Part shown: in pieces, positions 1 to 9,873 of the stretch
How the letters are laid out: every line of letters starts with the position of its first letter
Position numbering within the stretch: the first letter of the stretch is position 1
IMG/VR virus record: IMGVR_UViG_3300031555_004297
Length of the DNA stretch: 64,000 nucleotides
Origin: a virus
Taxonomy: Duplodnaviria > Caudoviricetes
Direction: 5' to 3' (one strand)
Notes under the pieces: model-generated
The model's input: the letters and a program-made list of their open reading frames with translations, nothing else
Told to the model about the DNA's origin: nothing
Database searches by the model: none
Position numbers and translations under genes: made by a program

Positions 1-302
1 CTATATTCAGCCTTGATATCTCCTCCTCGATACATATCCCAATAATAAGCTGGTAAAATAGTCCAACTAAAATCAGCTGGTATAAAGAAGTTTCCATCAC
101 CCTCTAATAACTCTTTAGGAATCATATCTAATCTAAACATCAAATCTGTATTTACAAGAAAAGGGACATCTATCTCATGAATACAACATCCGTCATCTGA
201 TGCCCCATAAAGTTTATTGGTTCTCTGCAATAGTATAAACATCTGACATTTACTACACTTTGCCAGATCGCATATATATAGAAAGTCCTTAATTGGTATC
301 AA
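1..302 (-). CDS. hypothetical protein, partial (runs off the window edge)
   Basis: Open frame from TTG at 302-300, just after the polymerase stop, to position 1 with no stop (LIPIKDFLYICDLAKCSKCQ...). Not in the ORF track. Confidence 0.6.
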   Translation of the reverse strand, partial: MIPIKDFLYICDLAKCSKCQMFILLQRTNKLYGASDDGCCIHEIDVPFLVNTDLMFRLDMIPKELLEGDGNFFIPADFSWTILPAYYWDMYRGGDIKAEY

Positions 303-303
303 T

Positions 304-765
304 TCAGAAGAGCTGGTTTGGATGTTGACTAGCATATTTCCTCCATTTCTCCCAAGCTTCAAGATCGGGCTGTATATAAACATCTCTAATAGCGCAAGGA
401 TCATTATTAACATCGAAAATCATAGGCTCATAAAGTAACTTAGGATTTTCAAATACCATAGGCTCAAAGAGGCCTTCTCTATTATAGAATCTAAGCCCAT
501 TATAGGCATTCATCTTCGTCATAAAGAATTCCTCAATCTCATGATATAGAGTCTGATAGTCTGCAAGATGCAACCAACGAGAATTGATCTCGAGCCATAC
601 TTGAGATATCATATCTTCAGTAAATGCTCCAGCTCTTGTCCAACGGTCATCGAGCTTGCATCTATTTTCTTTATCATGAACTTTATTAGGAATATCAATC
701 ATACCAATTTGAGTATGAGGTGCTATATTAAACTGTCTTATTACAGAAGGATACAAACTTGCATA
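304..765 (-). CDS. family B DNA polymerase N-terminal subunit, exon 2
   Basis: Starts YASLYPS. Joined to exon 1 (...DDFD) it restores PolB motif A, D-x-x-SLYPS. Confidence 0.9.
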   Translation of the reverse strand, partial: YASLYPSVIRQFNIAPHTQIGMIDIPNKVHDKENRCKLDDRWTRAGAFTEDMISQVWLEINSRWLHLADYQTLYHEIEEFFMTKMNAYNGLRFYNREGLFEPMVFENPKLLYEPMIFDVNNDPCAIRDVYIQPDLEAWEKWRKYASQHPNQLF

Positions 766-1869
766 CATATTTCTTCATATAAGGTCGTTACTCTTATACC
801 GCCTCCTATCTAGAGACTGCTGTATATTACTATACAGATGAGACTATATCTTTACCTTATTCAGGTACTCCCCATTTCCACTCACTTGAGTGTACTCCCT
901 TTCGGGATAGTCGTTGAACCTTAAAATTTATAGTTTTTGGAAATTCTTGTATAATGCGTTTTCGTATATACTTTTCTTAATGTATCAATGCAACTTTTTG
1001 GATTTTCGAATCCACAGTCTTTTGCTGCAATTTCAACATAAGTTTTAATTCCCATATTTTCTGGCTTTGGGTTTGCTTGAAAGTATTTACATAGTGTGAC
1101 TATTTGCTCATCAGAATATTTTCTTCCTTCTCGATGCTCAAAACTGCAATCTAAAGTAAGATGCTTCCAACTTTCCTTTTTCTTTATAGAATTTACTATG
1201 TTTTCACTAATTCCGAGAATTTGTGCAATTTCTTTACACATATATCTTCCAGACTTAAGCATTTCAACAACTTCTTTAGCTTGTTCTTCAGAAATTGTTG
1301 TAATAGGAATATGCAGTCTTGTTCTATATGCATGCAATATATTCTCAGATCTAGTAGCCCATTCAAGATTCCATTCTGTATTTTCAAATTTATTGCCATT
1401 AAGATGATTTGCCTGATATAAATAATCATTCTCGATTGGCTTAAATACCTTTAAGACTAATCTATTAAGTTGTACTATTTTTGGTCCATTACAAGTTGAT
1501 AGTACTATAAATAGATATCCACTAGTCTCTAGTCCGGGCTTCATAATAATTTCTAAATATCTATGATATACACGTCCATAATTTGATATCATATAGTATG
1601 GATATACTCCAGGAACGTGATCATTTGTTATATATTCAAACTTTTCACCAGGTTGTAATATTGATGGATTTATTACATCCATTGCAATTTGAAGTTTATA
1701 TTTCATAATTTGCCCTCTTTCTATAAATTTTCTTGGCTGCTGATTGTCCAAGATTCATAATTATATTATATAATTATGCCGTAAATTAATGAATTTACAT
1801 CTTGGAGTTTCCAGCAATTAAAGGAGTTTTCACTAACAAATTTCTCTGCTAGGCGACTATATTTAGTTT
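766..1869 (-). mobile_element. group I self-splicing intron (1104 nt) with a homing endonuclease
   Basis: The 5' exon ends in U (1870) and the intron ends in G (766). Core elements on the minus strand: P AATTGCTGGAAAC (~1807-1819), R GTTCAACGACTA (908-919), S AAGATATAGTCT (841-852). Splicing restores frame and motif A. Confidence 0.92.
921..1706 (-). CDS. intron-encoded HNH homing endonuclease (NUMOD4-like N-terminus, HTH C-terminus)
   Basis: YMISNYGRV and ANHLNGNKFEN...NLEWATRSEN motifs. Likely start MKYKLQ at 1706 after AGAGGG. Confidence 0.9.
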   Translation of the reverse strand: MKYKLQIAMDVINPSILQPGEKFEYITNDHVPGVYPYYMISNYGRVYHRYLEIIMKPGLETSGYLFIVLSTCNGPKIVQLNRLVLKVFKPIENDYLYQANHLNGNKFENTEWNLEWATRSENILHAYRTRLHIPITTISEEQAKEVVEMLKSGRYMCKEIAQILGISENIVNSIKKKESWKHLTLDCSFEHREGRKYSDEQIVTLCKYFQANPKPENMGIKTYVEIAAKDCGFENPKSCIDTLRKVYTKTHYTRISKNYKF

Positions 1870-3369
1870 ATCGAAGTCATCCAAGTTATCAAATACGTCA
1901 ATCAATCTTCCATAAATTTTCAGTTTACTATAACCATTAAGTTTCAACGGGTCGGCAACAAAGGCCCCGGGAAACTTTTCTGTAGGTTTCTCGTTAAACT
2001 TATTTACATTATTACCCATTATAAATCCATCCTTCTCAAACTCCTTAACCCCTCGATTGGTTAGGTATACAGTCTGACGATGGGTCTTTGAATAACGAGT
2101 GTTATTAATATTACATTTGCTAAAGACATAGTTTATATCTTGTGTCATAGCCTCAATGCAATACTGAACAATTGTATCCATGATATTATAGAATACAAAA
2201 GTCTTATAGTCTTTATAAGGAAGCTCGGCGATATTAGTTGTAATATGCTTATAATCGAGCTTTCTAACTTTCGCAATAGCTTCACCTATGAAATCCAGAG
2301 TAAAGGAATGGAACTTAGTCTGTCCTTTACGTCTAGATGCAAAGTGTATCATCTGATCCAAAAATACCGAATATGAAGAAATCAATGCAAAGTCGCCACG
2401 TTCAGCAAATTCACTTTTCATTCTTTCATCTACGAAATATTCTGCAACTTTATTTTTGAAATCTTGATGACATACGATATCACAAGGATCATATCCAAGT
2501 CTTTGAATACGTGATAATACATAGGGAACGTCGAATCCCATATTCCATGCCAATACGAAATCTGGCTGAAATGTATTGATAGCATTGAATAGATCTTTAA
2601 TCAGATTAATTTCATCATCTTCATCATAAAAAAGAAAGTTGTAATTGAAATTAATATTATACTTCGCCGCCATCTCGGGTCCACCGACGGCTTGAATTAC
2701 AAATGCTTGTAATTCTGGAAAGATGGATCCATTATTTACCTGCTCCTCAAATTCTGCAATAAGAGGATTTGCTTTATTCCTTAAAAGGAATACATAAACT
2801 TGTTGTTGATCTTGTAAGATTAAAGATACTGCATTAATAGGACACTCTCCTGGTTGTGGGAAGTCGCCCATCATATTAATAGAATCAACCTCGATATCGA
2901 AGAAGGATTTAGATATCGAACAAGGCTCATTCTGATACATTTTTCCGAATCTAAATCTATAGTGATCTTCAATATTCATATCACTATTAAAGATATCCGG
3001 ATGCGTATGAAGTTTTCTATTTGCAGTTCTGTTTCCATTCTTGATATTTTCAAAGAAGAAATCGAGATTTCCTGTACGCTTTGCTATATCTTTCTCAAGC
3101 TCATTATAAGGTACCGTAACTGTCTCAACATCTTCTTTATCAATAAATAATCTCGGATAAGTAGTCCTCTTATCCGACTTAGCAACATAATACTCATACT
3201 CAGGATTTATGATCTCTTCTACATGTTTTATTCCAGTATCACAATCCTTATAAACTAGTGTCAGATATTCTTTATACTTATTATCTTTTGGATCGGTTCT
3301 TCTAAAGAACATGGTATTCATGATCGTTATATTGGAACCAGGTTCTCTTCCTTTAATCATATAAATCAT
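1870..3369 (-). CDS. family B DNA polymerase N-terminal subunit, exon 1 (3'-5' exonuclease domain)
   Basis: ExoI FDIEV, ExoII AWNMGFD, ExoIII YNIMD; FPGAFV precedes motif A. Confidence 0.9.
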
Positions 3370-3399
3370 CCTTTCTGCAAATTATACGACTAAATTATT

Positions 3400-3411
3400 T
3401 AATAATTTGTT
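3400..3411 (-). promoter_or_regulatory. AAC(A/T)-N6-TA phage promoter for the DNA polymerase gene
   Basis: AACA-AATTAT-TA on the minus strand; the same motif recurs at more than 15 intergenic sites. Confidence 0.6.
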
Positions 3412-3460
3412 TTCGTCACAATTATAATATACATTCAACCTTTATTTTAAGTAAAAGATC

Positions 3461-3488
3461 AGAGAGACGGCGCATCGACCGTCTCTCT
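3461..3488. terminator. intrinsic terminator hairpin
   Basis: AGAGAGACGG / CCGTCTCTCT, 10-bp stem. Confidence 0.65.
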
Positions 3489-3629
3489 TTTCCCTCTGGC
3501 GAGATAGAAAAATAAAGGAAAAACATTCACCAATTTCCCATTCATGGATCATGCTTTAAATTTATGTTTATGGCGTTATCAATTAATACTAGAACATTTT
3601 AAATAATAGTATTTATGGAGGTTTATATC

Positions 3630-4613
3630 ATGGACTATTTCAAAAGTTTTGTTAAAGCTTCTGAAGATGATGAAGCTATTGTACCCATGGCATCTGAAGG
3701 AATCGGTGTAAATTTTGGATTCTTTCTTAGCGATGATGCTAGTAAAATTAATTCTGGAAACACCCCTGGTGGTGGAGAAGATAAAAAGAAAAGCAGTAAA
3801 AAGTCCGTTACCGTAAGCGGTAAAGAAGTGGTTGAACGCGCTGCAGCTGGTGGAGTTGTTAATAATAATCCGGCAGTTAATGTAGAGACTGTAGACTATG
3901 CTCAGACATATACAGAAACCAATGCACTTATTAAAGGAGCCATTGCTCAGGCAGATGAACTTAGCATGGATATTAAGAGAGATATCGATGAGATCCGTGC
4001 AAGCAAAACGCTTAAGGGCAAGTATACGTATATTACAAACCTTACATCTTCTGCAAGTTCTCTTCTTAGCACAAAGATCTCTGCTATTAAGGAATTGAAT
4101 AGTACTATTACTCAGGGTCATAATCTCGAACTTAATCGTATGAAAGCTCTTAAGCTCGATGCTCAGAAAGAAGGTAATGATGATATGAGAATTATGGATA
4201 TGTATTCTGCATTCATCAATACTCCTGTTGGAAGTTATACTCCTGCTGTACCTAGTATTCAGGATATTACCCTTGGAGTTAACTCTCAGACTGGTGGAGT
4301 AACTCCTGTAGAAATGTCTGCTCCTAACGGTGTTGGTGGGGCTCCTTTAACTCCTGAGCAGAACCGTATGCTTATGGAATCTAATCCAAATATTCAGGTT
4401 GTTGTAAGATACAATCAGACAACTGGTCAACGTGCATTTGATGTTGTTGATAGAACTACTGGTGTGAGTGTTCCTAACTATCCTTGTCCAGATGCATTCT
4501 TGCTTGAGGATACAACTATCGATGTGCACGCTGGCATTGCAAGAAACAGAAATGTTAATGCAGTATGGCCTCTTATGGTTGAAGGTTCAAATGCATTTGT
4601 TACAGAATATTAA
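3630..4613 (+). CDS. hypothetical phage protein with a central coiled coil
   Basis: Long ORF; GGAGG at 3617 favours the MDYF start at 3630; followed by a terminator. Confidence 0.8.
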   Translation: MDYFKSFVKASEDDEAIVPMASEGIGVNFGFFLSDDASKINSGNTPGGGEDKKKSSKKSVTVSGKEVVERAAAGGVVNNNPAVNVETVDYAQTYTETNALIKGAIAQADELSMDIKRDIDEIRASKTLKGKYTYITNLTSSASSLLSTKISAIKELNSTITQGHNLELNRMKALKLDAQKEGNDDMRIMDMYSAFINTPVGSYTPAVPSIQDITLGVNSQTGGVTPVEMSAPNGVGGAPLTPEQNRMLMESNPNIQVVVRYNQTTGQRAFDVVDRTTGVSVPNYPCPDAFLLEDTTIDVHAGIARNRNVNAVWPLMVEGSNAFVTEY

Positions 4614-4614
4614 A

Positions 4615-5020
4615 AAATCAAGATCCAGAGGTTTTATCCTCTGGATCTCTTTTTGTTGGCTTAGGGTGACGCCTCATAATTAGAATAAAGCCAATTCTAA
4701 TTACTGCGACTGCGTCCTTTCGATCAAAATTTGGTAAAGGAAGTAAATCATCCCTCTGGATAGACAAAAGATCATTTGAACTGATCGACAGATAAACATA
4801 TGATTCAATACATCTAATGTCAAGGTAGCGGAGCCATGGCTCAGTAAAAGTATTGCTATTATTTTTGGAGGGCCGACTTATCGCTTAGAAGCGCGGCGAT
4901 TATCTTTCGCGATAAATCAAAATGACCATAAAGCAAAGTGACGCGGGATCGGGCCCGCAAATTCGAGAGAATTCAAATTAATGAACTTATAAAAACGGAA
5001 GATCGCTTCCGCTACCTTTT
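4615..5020 (-). ncRNA. candidate structured non-coding RNA 1
   Basis: AACT-N6-TA promoter at 5020-5031; 11-bp long-range stem 4822-4832 / 5008-5018; several GC-rich hairpins; no credible ORF; terminator at the end. Confidence 0.5.
4621..4648. terminator. bidirectional intrinsic terminator
   Basis: AGATCCAGAGG / CCTCTGGATCT stem flanked by A- and T-tracts. Confidence 0.8.
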
Positions 5021-5050
5021 ACATAAAAGTTATTTAAGTAAAAATTTACC

Positions 5051-5382
5051 AAAAAAAAGAAAGGCACCCTCTGCCTTTCTCCAAAACTCTCACAGGAGTT
5101 TTGTCATTGTTTCATGTCGCCATGAAATTGTCTGGTTATTTTTTTTCATCCATCATAACCGGGTGCACAAAGTGCAATATGATGGAGCTCTTCATATTCG
5201 TATCGGGATTTCGATACTACGGGCTTAGCCCAACCAGTAAACCCGGCTCCCAGGAGCCTTGGCGTGCCTTTTCTACTAGAGACTTCAGCACATTAAGAAG
5301 AGTTAATACGCATGCTAATAAATTAAGGAGATAAACATGCGTAAGGCAATATTAAAAGAATGAATTGTTACATTCATTCATT
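5051..5382 (-). ncRNA. candidate structured non-coding RNA 2
   Basis: TATATCAT promoter-like site near 5386-5393; about ten hairpins; ends AGAAAGGCA-GAGGG-TGCCTTTCT-T7. Confidence 0.55.
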
Positions 5383-5416
5383 ATTATGATATATACTTAA
5401 AAAATATTTTACTAGC

Positions 5417-5453
5417 GATATGAGAGATAGCTATTATAGCTATCTCTCATATC
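5417..5453. terminator. 17-bp perfect hairpin after sbcC
   Basis: GATATGAGAGATAGCTA-TTA-TAGCTATCTCTCATATC. Confidence 0.75.
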
Positions 5454-5456
5454 ATA

Positions 5457-8159
5457 TTAATATCTCCAGATAATATTTCCTCTATTGTAATCGCTTACAT
5501 TTTCATCATGCTTAAGAAGTATAACGTCTGATTCATCAACTGGAAGTTCTGAGTTGTGCGATATCATAATACACTGCTCTACACCCATAATATCCATAAT
5601 TTTATTAAGCACATCAATAAAATACATTCGATTGCTATAGTCTAAAGGGCCATCAATCTCATCGAGCTTAATAATATTATATTTACTGCTAGAATGGTGT
5701 AATAGTGCAAAACTCAATATCATTGAAATCATCCCTATCTGTGCAGAACTCATAGAAGATATATCGTCATTAATATACCCATTTCCAAGGCAAGGAATTC
5801 TAAATTCTGTCTCATTAATTACGAAGGGCTGTATTACATATTGACCTTTAAACAATAAAGCAAGAAGCTCATTTGCTAATGCAATAATTTTTCCCATATA
5901 TAATTCCATGAAAATCAACTGAATTCCTGTTGTCGGAGATGAATAAAACTTGATAGTTTCGATAAATTCATAATTCTGCTGAAGTTCGTCTCTTTCCTTA
6001 ATATAATCTTTCATCATTTGCACAGAGTGAAGAGCTTTATCCCTCTCCTGCATCAGAGGTGCAAGTTTATACGTGCATTCTTGGATTTTCTTCTTAGCTT
6101 CCTCAGATCTTGTAATAGCTGCATTAATCTCATTCATTTTTCTATTATTCTCTAATAGAATAGAACGGCATTTAGCTATTTGATCAGTAACAGGCTTGAG
6201 TTTATCTTGCTGTGCAAAAATCCCATCATAAACTCCCTCAAGTTCTTGAAGTTGAGCTATTCTGATCTCTCTATCAAGAATTCCTTCTTGAATTGGAGTA
6301 ATCTTATCTGTAATAGAATCTATTGCTTCATGAATTGCTGCAATATCTTCATTAAGAGATTTGATTATCTCAACCTTTCCTTCATATGATTTCATTTCAG
6401 CTAAATATTCTTTATAGATAGCTTCTGTCTGTTTATAGATATCGAATAGGTTTGCAAGATCAATATATTTATATATCTCTCTCATATATTCGAAACTGTA
6501 TCCATTAATAAGCCTTTCAAAGAATATAGGCTTGTCTTTAAACATTTCTCCATTGGGCATTTTGGAGAGAATAGCGCCATTCTTGTCCACTTCTCTTACA
6601 ATCACAGCAAACTGATTTACCGCATTATTGAACTCGCAAGCACTATCTCCTTCTGTCAGTAATCCGAGCCTCTCAGCCTCCAATTCATAAATTAAAGCAT
6701 CGAGATCATCTTTACGTTTTGTAGGATTGGTTTTAGAGAACTCTACAGCTTCTTTAATAAAAGGACATGCATCATTGACACAATCAGAGGGTCTTAATTC
6801 AAGTTGTCCAAGTAAAGACATTTTAGATAGAATTTGAACTTCTTCATTTTTAGCATTTGCAAGTCTTGCATCAATTGCTGTAGTTTCAAATAATCTAGGA
6901 TTAATTCTTTCTGGAATCTTTCCTGTCGATACATATTCAGAGACTATATTTTGTATAAGAACTAAATCATAGCTGGCTTTAAAATTCGAGATATATTGCT
7001 CGAGATCTTTTAAAGTCTCTAAGGCAAGAATATATTCATCTTTACTGATATTCAAGAAATTAGTAATACCAGCCTGTTCAAACTGAAGCTCTATAGATTT
7101 AAGAAGATCTCTATATTCAGCAATCTTCTCTTGTAGACTGTCATAATCATGCTCACTCATAAGAGTCTTAAGGCGCTGAAGTTTTCTACTAAGTTCATCG
7201 GCCTCTGATTCCTTCTGACACATCAAAGAATCAATAGAGTTTCTATCTATCTGATTTTGAATAATCAAAGAGTTCTTAGCATCAATTGTTTTCTTGTATC
7301 CAGCTTCTAAATCACTATCCACATTATTAGATTTTATAAGACTTTCAATGATAGATCTGATCTTTGTAGAATCTTTTTCTGCTAACTCAAGTTCAGCAAT
7401 TACAGTCGTATTTAGATTCTGAATAGACCTATCTGGATCGAGTAGCTGAATAGTAGACTGCTCTTTTGCAAGATCTGCCACAGCTTGATCTTTAGCATCT
7501 TGAATCGTATTAATCTTTGCTTCCAATGCAGCAAGATTATCTGAGATTGTCTTCTCATCTCCAAGAATATTTAGTTTAGCAACAACAGCATTGATCATTG
7601 ATTTAAAATTCGAAGATCTCTTGCTTAAGGTCTTATAAATATTATTATAAGTTTCAAGTGATGAAATAATCGAGTTTACAAATCTTTTTCTATCAGCGGG
7701 GCGTTTGTCAGCTAAACCTCTATCTTCATTGCTCAATTGAGATAGTGCTGAGAAGTTTGAATCTAGTCCTAATTCATTATAAAGAATGTCTTTATAAGAC
7801 GTTACATTTCCATTTTCATTAAGCTCAACCGCTTGACCCATAAAGGTCTTAGTAATATAAGCTTTTGTATTATCTCGTTCTCCATTCGATTTCACATTAT
7901 GAATGAATACGAGCTTGTATAGCGTTTCTCCATCTTGGAGAATAATTTCTTTTCGAGCCGGCAATCCAGGAATAAATGAATCACTAGGATCTGGAAATAG
8001 GCTCATTGCTTTAGATAAAGTTGATTTACCACTACCATTATCTCCACGGATAATGGTAATTCTATTTCTACATTTTGTCATATCGATATGGATCTCAGAA
8101 AGTCCCATACCATTATAAATACCAATATAGTTAGAGAGGTAAATAGACACAAATTTCAT
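5457..8159 (-). CDS. sbcC: SbcC/Rad50-like SMC ATPase
   Basis: Walker A GDNGSGKS, long coiled coil, zinc hook CVNDACP, variant signature MSSAQ, Walker B IIKLDE, ISH. Confidence 0.92.
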   Translation of the reverse strand: MKFVSIYLSNYIGIYNGMGLSEIHIDMTKCRNRITIIRGDNGSGKSTLSKAMSLFPDPSDSFIPGLPARKEIILQDGETLYKLVFIHNVKSNGERDNTKAYITKTFMGQAVELNENGNVTSYKDILYNELGLDSNFSALSQLSNEDRGLADKRPADRKRFVNSIISSLETYNNIYKTLSKRSSNFKSMINAVVAKLNILGDEKTISDNLAALEAKINTIQDAKDQAVADLAKEQSTIQLLDPDRSIQNLNTTVIAELELAEKDSTKIRSIIESLIKSNNVDSDLEAGYKKTIDAKNSLIIQNQIDRNSIDSLMCQKESEADELSRKLQRLKTLMSEHDYDSLQEKIAEYRDLLKSIELQFEQAGITNFLNISKDEYILALETLKDLEQYISNFKASYDLVLIQNIVSEYVSTGKIPERINPRLFETTAIDARLANAKNEEVQILSKMSLLGQLELRPSDCVNDACPFIKEAVEFSKTNPTKRKDDLDALIYELEAERLGLLTEGDSACEFNNAVNQFAVIVREVDKNGAILSKMPNGEMFKDKPIFFERLINGYSFEYMREIYKYIDLANLFDIYKQTEAIYKEYLAEMKSYEGKVEIIKSLNEDIAAIHEAIDSITDKITPIQEGILDREIRIAQLQELEGVYDGIFAQQDKLKPVTDQIAKCRSILLENNRKMNEINAAITRSEEAKKKIQECTYKLAPLMQERDKALHSVQMMKDYIKERDELQQNYEFIETIKFYSSPTTGIQLIFMELYMGKIIALANELLALLFKGQYVIQPFVINETEFRIPCLGNGYINDDISSMSSAQIGMISMILSFALLHHSSSKYNIIKLDEIDGPLDYSNRMYFIDVLNKIMDIMGVEQCIMISHNSELPVDESDVILLKHDENVSDYNRGNIIWRY

Positions 8160-8271
8160 TTTGCCACCTCCTAAACACCTCTTATTAGGTAGTTCTGGGA
8201 ACGTTATATCTATAAAAATTTATATTTAATAGAAAAATCCACTATCCCTTTCGAGGGATAGTGGATTATTT

Positions 8272-8607
8272 TTAATATCCTTCGGCAAATTCTGCAAAGA
8301 ATCTATTTGTACGAAAAGTATCTCTAAGAGGTACTGGAAATCCCATAGTCCAATCTATAACAAATTCCTTTTGACAGGATCTGCATTTCATAAACCTGAT
8401 TTCGTACTTATTAAAGTGTACATCGTATCCTTGCAAGTATGCTTCTACAGCTTCTGAATATCCTTGAGGATAATTATTAAAGCTATATAATTCAATGCGT
8501 CTTGCTTTACAATGAGGACACAAATCGTAGCGTTCGGTGACCACTAACGGATCAATAAGATTCTCTGCGGTAGCTCTACCGACAGTTTGTTCAAACGGAA
8601 CCGCCAT
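8272..8607 (-). CDS. zinc-ribbon protein
   Basis: CPHC...CRSC; ribosome-binding site upstream. Confidence 0.75.
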   Translation of the reverse strand: MAVPFEQTVGRATAENLIDPLVVTERYDLCPHCKARRIELYSFNNYPQGYSEAVEAYLQGYDVHFNKYEIRFMKCRSCQKEFVIDWTMGFPVPLRDTFRTNRFFAEFAEGY

Positions 8608-8624
8608 ATAACCACCGCCTTTCT

Positions 8625-9302
8625 TTAGCTAAGAGCTCTATCTTTCTTAGCAGTCTTAAAGAGCTCAATAGAACTACTGCAGGATACAGCATTGAAGACT
8701 TTCCAGGGCTCATCTGAATATCTTCCAGCACTCATTGATTCAAGAATTGTATTGACATCTGTATCTTCTGTTGCAATAAGCTTATCTTTAATAATCTGCT
8801 CAAAAATACCCCAGTCAAGAGCATTGGGCATTGTAGAGCCAATATGATGGAATGCCACATAAAGCGGAATTACACGAAGATACATTGAATACGGATTATT
8901 TCTTGCAAAACTAAGATCATTATATAACGGATCTTGAGAAACAATTACATCCATATCTTTATAAATCTGACGGATGTATTTTGTAGCAGATTCAATATCC
9001 GAAATCTTAAAAATGTCTTCAGTAAATGTGTCAATATATACCAATCCTTTGTAATCTGCCATTACTCCTGTTTTTAATGGCTTATGCCCATCATCTCCAA
9101 TAAGAGTAATAATATTATTAACAGGATTAAAATTTGTATTTAGATGCGTTCTATATACATCAAATAATGCAATTTTTCTGTTAAATGCCTCATGATACAG
9201 ACCTCTGATTGGATCAACTACATGGCCCGGTGCAGGAGATTCTGTAATGAGTTTATCGAAATGAACTTTTAAGTTTCCATACTTATGATACATAAAATTC
9301 AC
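8625..9302 (-). CDS. hypothetical protein
   Basis: 225-aa ORF overlapping the upstream stop by 4 nt; AAGGA upstream. Confidence 0.75.
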   Translation of the reverse strand: MNFMYHKYGNLKVHFDKLITESPAPGHVVDPIRGLYHEAFNRKIALFDVYRTHLNTNFNPVNNIITLIGDDGHKPLKTGVMADYKGLVYIDTFTEDIFKISDIESATKYIRQIYKDMDVIVSQDPLYNDLSFARNNPYSMYLRVIPLYVAFHHIGSTMPNALDWGIFEQIIKDKLIATEDTDVNTILESMSAGRYSDEPWKVFNAVSCSSSIELFKTAKKDRALS

Positions 9303-9643
9303 TCCTTATCTATGGCAAAAGGATTTTTACCTCCAGCCTTTTCATTTATTTTCCGAACTCTTTCAGCAGCTTCTGCTCTGAGTTCTCCATTCTTAATGAT
9401 GAGGGCGGATCTTCCATAAGGAATATATCCGCCTCCCCATCTTACCATACGGATTTGATTTCCACAGTGCGTACAGATCGCTTTGCATTTAATGCTAGTC
9501 TCATCACTAATAGGAATTCCATCAGGATTCAGCTCCATTACAGTAATTTCAGAATCTGCTACACATAAAGGGCCTGAGCAAATAGGACAGCCACCAGGCC
9601 CATGAAATATCATTGGTTCGAGAAGTGTATCTTTATTATCCAT
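9299..9643 (-). CDS. zinc-finger protein with an N-terminal EPMIF motif
   Basis: CPIC...CTHC; LLEPMIF. Confidence 0.78.
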   Translation of the reverse strand: MDNKDTLLEPMIFHGPGGCPICSGPLCVADSEITVMELNPDGIPISDETSIKCKAICTHCGNQIRMVRWGGGYIPYGRSALIIKNGELRAEAAERVRKINEKAGGKNPFAIDKE

Positions 9644-9645
9644 AA

Positions 9646-9873
9646 TTATCTCCCTTCTGGTAGGGTATATCTCATGGTAGTAGGATCACCCTCGGCAACA
9701 ATTTTTACATCACTATAACGAGAAGTTGGTTTTGATGAAAGTTCTGTAAATGGTTTCTTTATGCCATTAACAATCACGTGACCAACCATAAACTTTTTAC
9801 CCATTTTTGCCTCTATATCTTTACGCAATCTATATTGCTCAGCAGAGTACAAAAAGTATTTAGTCTGTGCCAT
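9646..9873 (-). CDS. small basic hypothetical protein
   Basis: Start MAQTK after GGAGG, overlapping the end of the RNAP gene. Confidence 0.7.
   Translation of the reverse strand: MAQTKYFLYSAEQYRLRKDIEAKMGKKFMVGHVIVNGIKKPFTELSSKPTSRYSDVKIVAEGDPTTMRYTLPEGR

Noticed and set aside
304-768. Independent 154-aa gene starting at ATG 768
   Set aside because: The G of that ATG is the terminal G of the intron; the segment is exon 2 of the polymerase.
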